From assembly GCA_964504595.1 (NCBI GenBank), contig CAZDEE010000007.1, positions 725 to 64,724 on the forward strand: a DNA stretch of 64,000 nucleotides. Direction: 5' to 3'. Source of the DNA: an uncultured Staphylococcaceae bacterium. Lineage in GTDB: Bacteria; Bacillota_I; Bacilli_A; RFN20; CAG-826. Shown here piece after piece: positions 36,544 to 47,122 of this stretch. Numbering within the stretch: position 1 is the stretch's first letter; each line of letters starts with the position of its first letter. The notes under the pieces are model-generated. The model was not told where the DNA came from. It ran no database searches and saw only the letters and a list, made by a program, of their open reading frames with translations. The translations under genes and the position numbers were made by a program.

Positions 36544-37563
36544 TTATTTAAATAAGTCTAATTTAAGTAATAACTTCTTCATACCTTCAACATCTAATCT
36601 TTCAGTATTATGAGAAGTATATTGCTCTATCTTTTCTAAATCTCTATTTCCTTTTGTAAAGAAATTATCATAATTTAGATTTCTATTATCTGCATGTATT
36701 CTATAAAATCCAGGTAATGATTCTGCACGTAACATTTCTTCTGTCGTAACTAAAACTTCATAAAGCTTTTCTCCATGTCTTGTTCCTATAATAGAATAAC
36801 CTATATTAGAACCTTTAAGTTCTAGTACTGCTTTTGCAAGAGTTTCAATTGTTGCTGCAGGTGCTTTTTGTACAAATAAATCACCTTGTTCACCATGTTC
36901 AAATGCATATAAAACTAAATCTACAGCATCTTCTAATGTCATCATAAATCTAGTCATATCTGGATTAGTTATTGTTAACTTCTTGCCTTCTTCTATTTGT
37001 TCACAGAATAATGGTATTACTGAACCTCTAGAAGCCATTACATTACCATATCTAGTTAAACAAAGAATTGGATCTCCTTCTTCCATTTGTCTACTTCTAG
37101 CAATTACATTTTTTTCCATTAATGCCTTTGTCATTCCCATTGCATTAATTGGATATGCAGCTTTATCTGTAGATAAGAAGATTGCTTTTTTAATACCATT
37201 TGCAACACAAGCTGAAATAACATTATTAGAACCAATAACATTAGTTTTAACAGCTTCCATTGGATAGAATTCACAAGAAGGAACTTGCTTTAAGGCAGCA
37301 GCATGGAAAACATAATCTACACCTCTAAACGCTCCTACGATTGAATTATAATCTCTAACATCTCCAATATAGAATTTTACTTTTTCAACATATCCAGGAT
37401 ATTTTAATTGAAGTAAATGACGCATATCATCTTGTTTCTTCTCATCTCTAGATAATATCCGTATTTCCTTAATATCAGAAGTTAAAAAACGATTAACAAC
37501 TGCATTTCCAAATGATCCTGTTCCACCTGTAACTAATAATGTTTTGTCTTTAAATAAACTCAT
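36544..37563 (-). CDS. capE: UDP-GlcNAc 4,6-dehydratase/5-epimerase (CapE/FnlA type)
   Basis: KTLLVTGGTGSFGNAVVNRFLTSDIKEIRILSRDEKKQDDM and TRYGNVMASRGSVIPLF closely follow Cap5E. Confidence 0.9.
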   Translation of the reverse strand: MSLFKDKTLLVTGGTGSFGNAVVNRFLTSDIKEIRILSRDEKKQDDMRHLLQLKYPGYVEKVKFYIGDVRDYNSIVGAFRGVDYVFHAAALKQVPSCEFYPMEAVKTNVIGSNNVISACVANGIKKAIFLSTDKAAYPINAMGMTKALMEKNVIARSRQMEEGDPILCLTRYGNVMASRGSVIPLFCEQIEEGKKLTITNPDMTRFMMTLEDAVDLVLYAFEHGEQGDLFVQKAPAATIETLAKAVLELKGSNIGYSIIGTRHGEKLYEVLVTTEEMLRAESLPGFYRIHADNRNLNYDNFFTKGNRDLEKIEQYTSHNTERLDVEGMKKLLLKLDLFK

Positions 37564-37572
37564 ATTGCATTC

Positions 37573-38379
37573 CTACTTTCTTAAAAATTTTCTATATATA
37601 TATTCCTTTATTCTAACAGGTAAAATTGAAATAATCGTAACACCTATTGAACAATATAAATATTGAAATACATTAATAAATTTGTTTTTTAACATATATT
37701 TTCTTAATAAACGCATAGATTGATTATATTTTTTTCCAGCCCTTCTACTACGCATTTCAATTCCCGAACGCATATATACAAGCGGTTCACTTATATTTAC
37801 GCATTTAGCATTGTTTAATAACAATCGGACCCACAAATAATAATCTTCAGCATAAAGCATATGTTGATATCCTCCTGCTTTTTCAATAGCTCCTTTTCTA
37901 AACATAACAGAAGGATGATTGAATGGTGAACGTTTCTTGGCAAATTTTATAATTTTTTCTTGAGTTTCAGGGACAACTCTTTTTCCAATAATATTGTCAA
38001 TATCATTTTCAAATTCAAGAATTGAAGATCCTACAACATCATAATCTTTAATCATTGCCAATTCTTTTTCCGCTCTTGTTGGGACAGAATAATCATCACT
38101 ATCCATCCTCATAATAATATCACAAGAGCATTCTTTTAGTCCAATATTAAGTGCTTTTCCCAATCCAACATTTTCATGTAACTGAATTCTTTTTATAAAA
38201 CAATATTTTTCCATATATTCATCTAAAAAATCATCTAATTCTTTTGTTAATTTACCATCGCATACAATAATTATTTCTTTCGGAAGAATCGTTTGATTAA
38301 CTATGCTATCTAAGCAAAATTTAAAATTAGAAGATTTTTCTTTATAATATACTGAAATTAAAACTGAATAATCATTCAT
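37573..38379 (-). CDS. Glycosyltransferase family 2
   Basis: YSVLISVYYKEK...SIVNQT and MRMDSDDYS (DxD). ATG 38377-38379 follows AAGGA and sits 1 nt after the licD stop. Confidence 0.8.
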   Translation of the reverse strand: MNDYSVLISVYYKEKSSNFKFCLDSIVNQTILPKEIIIVCDGKLTKELDDFLDEYMEKYCFIKRIQLHENVGLGKALNIGLKECSCDIIMRMDSDDYSVPTRAEKELAMIKDYDVVGSSILEFENDIDNIIGKRVVPETQEKIIKFAKKRSPFNHPSVMFRKGAIEKAGGYQHMLYAEDYYLWVRLLLNNAKCVNISEPLVYMRSGIEMRSRRAGKKYNQSMRLLRKYMLKNKFINVFQYLYCSIGVTIISILPVRIKEYIYRKFLRK

Positions 38380-38380
38380 A

Positions 38381-39192
38381 TTAATTTTCCTTTTCTCCAT
38401 CAAGCAAAACTATCTTGCTAACTTGGTGAGTTGATTTTCTCTCATCTAAAGGAGGTAAAATACGCCAATTGCCATATCTTAACTCCAACCATTTATCATA
38501 ATCTTGTAAAACAAAAAACTTTCTTCCTTCAAAATTCCATTCTATCAAATTATTATAAAAATCTATAGAATGAGGCTTCTTTCCTTTTCCAAAATGACAT
38601 ATTTTACAAACTAATTTTAATGGAATAAAATTAAATAAACGAAGCCACATTTCTGACTTAATATTTACAATTTTTAAAGGGGTTATTAAAGCAAAAAAAG
38701 AAACTAAGTTATAATGCTTAGTGCTAATTTCTCTTTTTATTTTTTCCATCTGACAGATTGCCAAAAATATGACATTTTAAATTGTAATTTATAAACATAT
38801 TTTCCTGTTTTATCCAACGGAAAAATGTCAATATATAAACCTTTATGTTCTTTAACTAGCTCACTTCCTTTTTCTTCAAACACTGTATTATTAAGTTTTA
38901 GTTTACCGAAATTATAAGAATAAAACTTAGATGTTTTTGTAGATTCAAACGTAAATTTAGATGAATCAAGATCTTTTTTACATGCTTTTATAAATTTTTT
39001 ATAATCTTTTCTAAGCATAACAACATCCATGTCATCATCCCAAGGAATAAATCCATTATGTCTAATGGCTCCTAGCATAGACCCACCGTCTAACGAATAC
39101 TTAATATCATTCTTTCTACAAATTCTATCAAGTTCATCCATTATTATTAATAAATTAAATTGAATTGATTTAATTAATGATGTATTTTCCAT
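38381..39192 (-). pseudogene. licD: LicD-family phosphotransferase split into two overlapping ORFs at an A6 tract
   Basis: The N-half (38737-39192) has GGSMLGAIRHNGFIPWDDDMDVVMLRKDY and YIDIFPLD. The C-half (38381-38764) has LRYGNWRILPPLDERKSTH. The frames differ by 1 nt across TGGAAAAAATAA (T6 at 38740-45 on the plus strand). Confidence 0.75.
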
Positions 39193-39198
39193 ATTCTT

Positions 39199-40395
39199 CT
39201 ACCTATCTTTCTTTATGATTAATTTATATAGTTCGTAATACTGAGAAAGCATATATTCTTTGCTAAATATTTTTGCTTTTCCAGCACATTTTTTTCTATC
39301 AAATGGTTGATTATATACATTAATAACAGCGTTTTTCAAACCTTCATAATCTCCTTTAGATACTAAAATACCAACATCTTTGCTAACAATTTCAGAAGTT
39401 CCGCCGATATCAAAAATCACAACCGGACATCCACACGAAATAGCCTCCATAGCAACAGTCGGATAATTATCTGCTAATGTCGGTGACAGGAAAACATCAG
39501 CTATGGAATAATACTTTGCTAATTCATTTTGATTATAAATCGGATTTATTCTAATAATATTATGATGTGTTATAATATTCTCTTCAACACCAATCATAAG
39601 AATTGCATATTTAGATGGATCTAATTCTTCAGCCAGTCTATTAATATACGTAATGCCTTTTGCTTCGCTCCATGGATATGCGACACATAAAATGACAAAT
39701 TTATCATTTATATTATAAGTTTCCCTTAAATTAGATGTCGTCGGATGAAAAACAGATAAATCTATTCCATTATTAATAACAATCTTTTGTTTATATTTCA
39801 ATGTATTTTCTGATCCACAATTAAGATTCCATTTAGATGGTGAAACAAAAACAATTTTATCAAAAGATTGGATAATCTTTTGCTTTTTTAAAAAAAAGTG
39901 ATGTGCTCTATCAAATATAGTTCGTGGATATTCATTTTTAAAATCACATTTTTCGCACTCTTTATAAATCATTTTACATTTTTCAGGAATGGAAGCGCAT
40001 CTTCCTGTAAAAATCCAATTATCATGCAATGTCCATATTACAGGTATTTTATGACGTTGAATAAATTTTGATAGCATTGATAAATTAATATAATAACCAT
40101 GGAGTGTATGGATATGAATTAAATCAAATTTTCCTCTTTTCAATTTTTTTATTAATCTTTTTGTATTAATAAAACTTCTAAAACAATCCGAACCAAATAT
40201 TTTAACTGTAAAACGATTAATCATTTTTAAGATTTTATTCCTATCTATACAATCAACATTAGATTTATCTGTTCTTTTATTAGATACAAATAAAATACAT
40301 TTATTATTATCTTTTGATTCAACATAATTCATAATATCAAGAGATATTTTTCCTGTCGAACCAAAATCACTCCCATTAATAATAGCAACTTTCAT
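39199..40395 (-). CDS. Glycosyltransferase family 4 (GT-B)
   Basis: C-terminal LADNYPTVAMEAISCGCPVVIFDIGGTSEIV motif; 398 aa. Confidence 0.75.
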   Translation of the reverse strand: MKVAIINGSDFGSTGKISLDIMNYVESKDNNKCILFVSNKRTDKSNVDCIDRNKILKMINRFTVKIFGSDCFRSFINTKRLIKKLKRGKFDLIHIHTLHGYYINLSMLSKFIQRHKIPVIWTLHDNWIFTGRCASIPEKCKMIYKECEKCDFKNEYPRTIFDRAHHFFLKKQKIIQSFDKIVFVSPSKWNLNCGSENTLKYKQKIVINNGIDLSVFHPTTSNLRETYNINDKFVILCVAYPWSEAKGITYINRLAEELDPSKYAILMIGVEENIITHHNIIRINPIYNQNELAKYYSIADVFLSPTLADNYPTVAMEAISCGCPVVIFDIGGTSEIVSKDVGILVSKGDYEGLKNAVINVYNQPFDRKKCAGKAKIFSKEYMLSQYYELYKLIIKKDR

Positions 40396-40462
40396 AATTA
40401 CCTCCTCTATTTTTTAATATAAATCATAAGTAATTTAAAAATATAAATTTAAAAAAATTAAT

Positions 40463-43400
40463 CTACTCATCTGTACTTTTTACAAATGTAATAATTTTTT
40501 TTAAATACTTATTAACTAAAACTCTTTCTGATTTTTTTAAAGCATATCTATATAATAGAATTACATATATAAAAATGAATATCATTATCTTAATTACAAA
40601 TAATACTACTGATTTATTAACAATTAAATAATCCAATCCAATTCCAATCATCAAAACAACAACTAAAGTTGGCATTATCGAAAAATGGCATTCCTTAAAA
40701 AACTTCTTAATATCAATATCAAGTATTCTTTTATAAATAATATTCATAATTATAATCATACCAATCATTTTTCCAATAAAAATAGATATAGCTGACCAAA
40801 TTGCTTCATAATTATCAAATACTGATGTAAGAAAAAGTGACAAACAAACAGATAAAATAGCAGTTACAGCAATTGAAATACATCTATATTTAATTCTATC
40901 CTTCACAATTAATAACGAATTTCCAATTTGTTGGGTAAATGTTACTAAACAAGGCAAAAGAAGAAACACTCCCACAAAATAGGAACTATCATAAGAAAAA
41001 CCATCTTTATTCATTTTCCAAATATCATTAATAAATCCTCTTCCAAAAGCTATAAACCCAGTTATAATCACTCCTGTAATCATTAATTGGAAACGCCCAA
41101 CATTAATCATTAGTTTATTATATTCTTCATTTTCAACCTTGTTTTTACTCATAATCGATAATTTAGGAATAAACATTCCATCCAATCCATTAGCTATTTG
41201 CCAAACATAACCTTCTATTGTTGAACCAAGAGTGAATAATGCAATTTCAACTGATCCAGATGTTATTCCTAATATACTAGGTTGAATCGATATAATAAAT
41301 CTTTTCATAATTGATGAAATAGCAGCCCACAAAGAAAATTTAATCAATTCTTTAAGTGTTTTTTTATCACTTTTTTTTGTTATCAATGGTTGAGATCCAT
41401 ATTTGCAATATTTTTTTATATAAATTAACTTGATAATTATTTCTATTAATCCACTTAAAATAATAGCAAATACATACATAAAAATATTATTAAACATCAA
41501 CAACGTAATTGAAACTAACAAAATATTAACTATTCTAGAAATCAATGTAATAAACTTATATTCTGGAAATTTATCATTTCCCATTAATATTCCATTTAAT
41601 GGCATAAATCCAAATGCTAAAACTGAATAAAATCCAACCATAATAAATACTGTTTTTAAAGTAGATAATTCGACCGAAGTTAACTGAATATAAATTGATG
41701 GTATAAATAAATATATAATTGATAGTGCAATTAACATAATTGCTGATAAAAATATGAATATTTTAAAAATAATACCAACCATTTTATTTGATGATTCAAC
41801 ATCTTTCTCTGCTCTATACTTAGCAACAAATCGTGATACCGCAGTTCCTAACCCTAAATCAATCGCAATTAAAGACATAATAGAATTAGCTAGTGAATAT
41901 ATTCCATAATTTGATTGTCCTAAGGTTTTAATCATCCATGGAGTATAAATAAGTCCTGCAATTATGTTCAAAAAGATAGATATATACGATATAATTGCTC
42001 CTTTTGATATTTTTTTTGTTTCACTCGATATTTTTTTACTTTTATTATCTTTTCCAGAGTCAAATTTAGAATTAAAATCTTTATCTTGGTGAATAATTAT
42101 TTTTCTAACCTCATCCTCGGATAATGGTTTTTGAATACTTAAAGGTCCTTCATTTTGATAACAAACATTTCCATCAATTAAACTATTGATAAAGATATCT
42201 AATTTATATATTAGATCATCAATATTAAATTCATATTTCATTGAATTAAAAGCATTTTCACTAATTCTTAATATTTCATTTTTATTATGGCAAAGATATA
42301 AAACTTTATCAAATAAATCATTATCATTTTCAAAATCGTAAATCAATCCGGTCTCTCTATGTTTTATAAGTGTGTATGCAGATCCTGTAGTATGACTTGC
42401 AACTACACAGCAACCACATGTCATTGCTTCGTTAACACAAGCACCCCAGCCTTCCTCTTTATTAGAGCAACTTATAACTATATGTGTGCGTTCCATAATT
42501 TTTTTCACATCATCATTTGGCATTACACCGCAGAACGTGATAAAAAACTCTAATTCATACTTTTTAATCATTTCAAATAAAATTGATTTTAATTCGCCTT
42601 CACCAACTATATTAATATGAAATTCGATATTATTTTCTTTTAAATAATTTGCAAGATAAACTATTTTTTCTGGATGTTTCAATTCAATTAATCTATTAAC
42701 AAACAATATGTTAATAGCCTCTGAATTTTTATATGATAATAACTCACTAAAATCACTATAATTACTTTTTTTTATCCAATATCCCCAATTTAAACACTTA
42801 TTAGAATTATAATTAATTAGATCATAATCATAAGCTGTATAAGAAGAATATGTTAAACAAAATTGTTGATAATGTCGATAAGGGACTTTATGTATTAAAT
42901 TACTTGCTATAGCACGTGGAGTCCACTCTTCATATTCACATTTTTTATACAAACGTTCTGAACATTGCAAAACAATTTTTCCTTTTTTTCTTACTTTTTT
43001 TAATATTGAATCTGGTGCATTTCCATAAATAATAACATCAGCTTCTTCTATCAATTTATCAGCGTATTCTTGTTGCTGAATCGAAATATATCTTCTAACT
43101 TCATTTGGCAAAATCTTATTATATTCAGGATTATATTTTTGATGTTCCAACATCGTTGAATCCAACGATATAAAATGATATCTATCACCATATTTATTAA
43201 TCAAAGCATAATGTGTTTCTATTTGATGAATTGAAAGAAAATTTGAAATAAAAACAATTTTATAATTACTTTTATCAATTTTTGAATATAAAGAATAGTT
43301 TATATTTTGATATTGATAATTCTTTTTTAATCTTTCAATTACACCATAATACAAAAATATCAACACAAAAAAGTATATATTAGCTTCTATCATTGGTTCA

Positions 43401-44566
43401 AAAAAGAATAAGCCAAAAATTCCAAATAAAACATATATATAAAATCTTTTATTAAAACTTTTTTTTGAAAAAATACAATAATCTATCGTATATTTTATAG
43501 ATAATATGCTAATTAATAAGAAAAAAATGAAAGAAATAATACCACCAATTTTATATATATCTAACCATGTATTATGAAAATATGCCGATAAAATATTGCC
43601 ATTTTCATCAATTATTTTACCATTAACTCCCATATTTCCAAATGGACTTTTTAAAAAAGTATCAAAGAATATCTCATACAATCTAAATCTCTCATTATAT
43701 GATTCATCACTTGAGTCAAACAAGCGGTTAAACATAGGAATAGAATTACATATTTTTCTAAACGATTCACTATAACTATATAAAATTAAAAATATAAAAA
43801 TAACACTTAAAATAGTTATTGCAGAAATTAAAAACAATCTTTTATACTTTTTAAAATTAGAAAACATTTGTAAAATTGGATAAATTAAAATCGCAATTAT
43901 AATTAGTAATAAACACGATCGATTTTGAAGTACTATTGTTAAATAAAGAGAAAAAATCAAAGAAATAATCGATATTATTAAATAACAGAACTTTCTATGC
44001 TCTTTAAATAAAAAAATAAGTGGAATACTCATACAAGAAATTAGAATAACAAAAGTATTAACTCCTGTCGCTGCTGTATAAGATTTTCCATAATTCCAAA
44101 TATCTAAAAAATATCTCCCATTTTGAAACAGCCCAAATTCCTTTGTTGTTAATAAAAATCCTAAAAAAGCACGCAATACAAGACCCATTGCAATAAAGAA
44201 AAAAGATTTAAAAACTTTTTTTTCAATATCGTCTATATTATTTCCTACACACATAGATGAGCCTATTAGATATAAAGCAAGAGGGAAAAACAAATAATAA
44301 AAAACATTAGCAATCGAAAACCCTTTATATATATTAAAAAACAAACAATACGATAAAGAAAATCCTAAAACAAAAATAAAGCCTTTATGAATTCTTATTT
44401 TATGACAAATAAATTGCCGAAGCAAAACTATAATACAAAGAAAGGATAAAATAACATTATCTAGCCCAAAAAAATTAAGGCCATATAAAAATAAAATCAA
44501 ATAAAAAAAATTAATTGATAAATCCCTTAAGTTATTTATTTTTAGTTTAGATAAAACTTTTCTCAT
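40463..44566 (-). CDS. Triple-fusion protein: Wzy-like polymerase / GT4 glycosyltransferase / Wzx (MOP) flippase
   Basis: 1367 aa uninterrupted. Residues 1-415 are polytopic with FHNTWLDIYKIGGIISF (Wzy_C-like). Residues about 430-800 are soluble with EGWGACVNEAMTCGCCVVASHTTGS (E-x7-E). Residues about 855-1367 are polytopic with TLGQSNYGIYSLANS...GLGTAVSRFVAKY (Wzx-like). Confidence 0.7.
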   Translation of the reverse strand: MRKVLSKLKINNLRDLSINFFYLILFLYGLNFFGLDNVILSFLCIIVLLRQFICHKIRIHKGFIFVLGFSLSYCLFFNIYKGFSIANVFYYLFFPLALYLIGSSMCVGNNIDDIEKKVFKSFFFIAMGLVLRAFLGFLLTTKEFGLFQNGRYFLDIWNYGKSYTAATGVNTFVILISCMSIPLIFLFKEHRKFCYLIISIISLIFSLYLTIVLQNRSCLLLIIIAILIYPILQMFSNFKKYKRLFLISAITILSVIFIFLILYSYSESFRKICNSIPMFNRLFDSSDESYNERFRLYEIFFDTFLKSPFGNMGVNGKIIDENGNILSAYFHNTWLDIYKIGGIISFIFFLLISILSIKYTIDYCIFSKKSFNKRFYIYVLFGIFGLFFFEPMIEANIYFFVLIFLYYGVIERLKKNYQYQNINYSLYSKIDKSNYKIVFISNFLSIHQIETHYALINKYGDRYHFISLDSTMLEHQKYNPEYNKILPNEVRRYISIQQQEYADKLIEEADVIIYGNAPDSILKKVRKKGKIVLQCSERLYKKCEYEEWTPRAIASNLIHKVPYRHYQQFCLTYSSYTAYDYDLINYNSNKCLNWGYWIKKSNYSDFSELLSYKNSEAINILFVNRLIELKHPEKIVYLANYLKENNIEFHINIVGEGELKSILFEMIKKYELEFFITFCGVMPNDDVKKIMERTHIVISCSNKEEGWGACVNEAMTCGCCVVASHTTGSAYTLIKHRETGLIYDFENDNDLFDKVLYLCHNKNEILRISENAFNSMKYEFNIDDLIYKLDIFINSLIDGNVCYQNEGPLSIQKPLSEDEVRKIIIHQDKDFNSKFDSGKDNKSKKISSETKKISKGAIISYISIFLNIIAGLIYTPWMIKTLGQSNYGIYSLANSIMSLIAIDLGLGTAVSRFVAKYRAEKDVESSNKMVGIIFKIFIFLSAIMLIALSIIYLFIPSIYIQLTSVELSTLKTVFIMVGFYSVLAFGFMPLNGILMGNDKFPEYKFITLISRIVNILLVSITLLMFNNIFMYVFAIILSGLIEIIIKLIYIKKYCKYGSQPLITKKSDKKTLKELIKFSLWAAISSIMKRFIISIQPSILGITSGSVEIALFTLGSTIEGYVWQIANGLDGMFIPKLSIMSKNKVENEEYNKLMINVGRFQLMITGVIITGFIAFGRGFINDIWKMNKDGFSYDSSYFVGVFLLLPCLVTFTQQIGNSLLIVKDRIKYRCISIAVTAILSVCLSLFLTSVFDNYEAIWSAISIFIGKMIGMIIIMNIIYKRILDIDIKKFFKECHFSIMPTLVVVLMIGIGLDYLIVNKSVVLFVIKIMIFIFIYVILLYRYALKKSERVLVNKYLKKIITFVKSTDE

Positions 44567-44568
44567 TT

Positions 44569-45018
44569 TTATTTCCTTCTCTCTTTGATAAATGTTCTAT
44601 ATAGTTCAAAATCAGAATTCTTATATAAATCAGTTAAGGTACAATCTCTGTATACAAATTGAATAACTCTTTTTTGACCATTATCATAATAAATCAAATT
44701 AATCATATTCTCTGTAATATTATGTCCTTCTTCATCATAAAGTGGATTTTTGTATTCATCTCTTATAAATGTGACTGCATGTTGCCAATTTGCTGTTATA
44801 ACATTAATAATTGTCATCTCATTTTCCGCATAAGTTGTTAATGTAGCCCTATTTGTAATCGATAAATGTAGTTTTTGTGTTACCTTTCCATCTAAAACAA
44901 AATAATAATCACCTAATGTTCCCATTTGAAAAATATCTAAAGAAAAAATAAGACATGAAATGATAAAAATAGAACAAACAGCTATAATACTTTTTTTCTT
45001 TATTTCTTTTTTATTCAC
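44569..45018 (-). CDS. Hypothetical N-terminally anchored protein
   Basis: One TM segment (IIAVCSIFIISCLIF). Tightly packed between two polysaccharide genes: 8-nt overlap upstream and a 2-nt gap downstream. Confidence 0.4.
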   Translation of the reverse strand: MNKKEIKKKSIIAVCSIFIISCLIFSLDIFQMGTLGDYYFVLDGKVTQKLHLSITNRATLTTYAENEMTIINVITANWQHAVTFIRDEYKNPLYDEEGHNITENMINLIYYDNGQKRVIQFVYRDCTLTDLYKNSDFELYRTFIKERRK

Positions 45019-47122
45019 TGTAAAAACTCATCCCTTTCTTTTTTAAATAATTCTTTATTTTTTTTAATAGCTTTTTTGGCAATATTTTTTTCAAATACCA
45101 TTTAAAAGTTAATTCAAAACTCTTTGCAAAGCTAATTCTCTTTCTATCGCCGAAATACAATTGATTTTTAGTCAAAAATCTTCTTGATTTTATTAAAAGT
45201 TTGCCTTTTCTTATTGTATCCATAAAAGGAAAAACTTTTTTGCTAGTCATCGCACATCTATATCCTTTTTGTTCCATCTTATTTGACAAAGATACTTCAA
45301 ATTGCCATGGATTCAAATCTTCATTTACCATTTCTTTTAAAACTTCAGTTTTCCAAATACCTGGATACAGATTAACATCATAAACATCTAAAGGATTAAT
45401 AGTTTTAATTTTTTTATATTTTGTTTTTTTCTTTCCAGATGGAGTATTAAATAATCTAAAATAATCATAATCTTCACATTTAATTATTTCTAATAATTCA
45501 TTAATCTTTTTTATCTTTATTGGTTTTGTCAACAAATAATCATCTAATGTAATCAAAACATATTTTGTCGATATTCTACTCAACGCTTCTTTTATTCTAT
45601 GAGAAAACTCTTTCTCTTCCCCTGCAAAAATAAAATGAATATTATCGCGCTTTATCTTTTTATTTTCTTTATCGCTTACTAAATACGTTTCCATATTTCT
45701 ATTTCCAAAATTATTCTCTAAAAGAGTAAAATTTGCATCCCATATATCACTAAATGCATCACACGATAAAATTAATAAAGAAATATCAGTAGAATAATTT
45801 CTCTCATTATTCTTATTAAAAGCATCAATAACTATCGTTTCAAACCTTTTATTATTAATTTCTAATAAATGATTTGTTCTATATGTTTCTTTTGCATTTT
45901 TAAGTTTATTATTAATTTCTTCATTAGAAAAAATAAATGAACGCAAAGATTGTTCTAAATTGTAAGTCTTAGTAATTACACAAGCTGTATCAGTTTTAAT
46001 TAAATACTGAATAACACCACACTCTTCTGAGCCAAATGCAATAGTAGGAATTCCAGATGATAAACAATCCGCCACTTTTGTTGATAAAGAATACTTTGTT
46101 GTTATTATATCCTTGCTTTTTGTTCCTTCAACTATAATTAAAAAATCACTTTCTTTAGTTTTTTGAATTACTTCAGAATATGGTATTGAACCAAATAAAT
46201 TTATCCCTTTACACTTTTTTAAAATCTTAAGATATTGATTTTTATTCTCATTAGTATATACATTTATACAAAAATTTTCATTAATCTTTTGCAATGCATG
46301 TGCAAGTGAAACTAAAGATTCGTTTCTGCCATTTCTTATATTACCAAAATATGAAAAAGTTGGTTTATTGCTTATTTGGTATCCAAATTTATCTAACGAT
46401 AATTCAGAAGAAAGATATATAGTTTGTCCTTTGCAACCATAAAATTCATTGTATTTATCTCGTATTTTATCGCTTATATAAATAATATCACCAGGATAAT
46501 CCATAACTTTTTTTATCAGCTTTTTATATTTATACCTATAAATATGATATAAAGGCGATAAACTAAAATGATCATTAAAAATATAATCATCTCCTGTTGA
46601 AGAAACAATAGGTATATTAAATTTCTTAGCAACATATAAAGCAATTTCAGGAATAAAAAAATCATCTGAAAAACTTAAAAATATTACTTGTGGACAAAAA
46701 TCAACTAACCACTCATTAAATTCTTTTGTAAGCCAATATTTCTTATTCCATAACCATTTTCTCATCAAAAAAACAAATGGTGTTTTGTTACTACCAATTT
46801 TATACAATTTGCTAAAAAAAGAACTTTTAGTTTCTAATTTATTATCCTTCCATTCATCTTGAAGATCCTTATCTTCAAATGAAATGCCTGTTTTAATCTT
46901 TTTTGAAAACCTTCTTTTTAGCAATCTCTGATCCGTAATTTGAAAAAACTTTCCACAGTGCCCCTTTGTAGGAGTTTTATTTATAGAAAAAACTTGAGCA
47001 AGTTTTTCTTTAGGCCAATTATGAAAATAGGCATCAAAAGCTCTAGAAGTAGCATTTTTATTATAAGGAACCGTCCCCACAATTAAAACTCTGGGTAAAT
47101 CTTTATTTTCCATATCATCCAC
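45011..47122 (-). CDS. Putative two-domain glycosyltransferase (GT-B-like N-half, unknown about 260-aa C-half)
   Basis: 703 aa. The N-half has RVLIVGTVPYN and GIPTIAFGSEECGVIQYL. The C-half has LLILSCDAFSDIWD...ITLDDYLL (DxD-like). The function is inferred mainly from context. Confidence 0.45.
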   Translation of the reverse strand: MDDMENKDLPRVLIVGTVPYNKNATSRAFDAYFHNWPKEKLAQVFSINKTPTKGHCGKFFQITDQRLLKRRFSKKIKTGISFEDKDLQDEWKDNKLETKSSFFSKLYKIGSNKTPFVFLMRKWLWNKKYWLTKEFNEWLVDFCPQVIFLSFSDDFFIPEIALYVAKKFNIPIVSSTGDDYIFNDHFSLSPLYHIYRYKYKKLIKKVMDYPGDIIYISDKIRDKYNEFYGCKGQTIYLSSELSLDKFGYQISNKPTFSYFGNIRNGRNESLVSLAHALQKINENFCINVYTNENKNQYLKILKKCKGINLFGSIPYSEVIQKTKESDFLIIVEGTKSKDIITTKYSLSTKVADCLSSGIPTIAFGSEECGVIQYLIKTDTACVITKTYNLEQSLRSFIFSNEEINNKLKNAKETYRTNHLLEINNKRFETIVIDAFNKNNERNYSTDISLLILSCDAFSDIWDANFTLLENNFGNRNMETYLVSDKENKKIKRDNIHFIFAGEEKEFSHRIKEALSRISTKYVLITLDDYLLTKPIKIKKINELLEIIKCEDYDYFRLFNTPSGKKKTKYKKIKTINPLDVYDVNLYPGIWKTEVLKEMVNEDLNPWQFEVSLSNKMEQKGYRCAMTSKKVFPFMDTIRKGKLLIKSRRFLTKNQLYFGDRKRISFAKSFELTFKWYLKKILPKKLLKKIKNYLKKKGMSFYSE

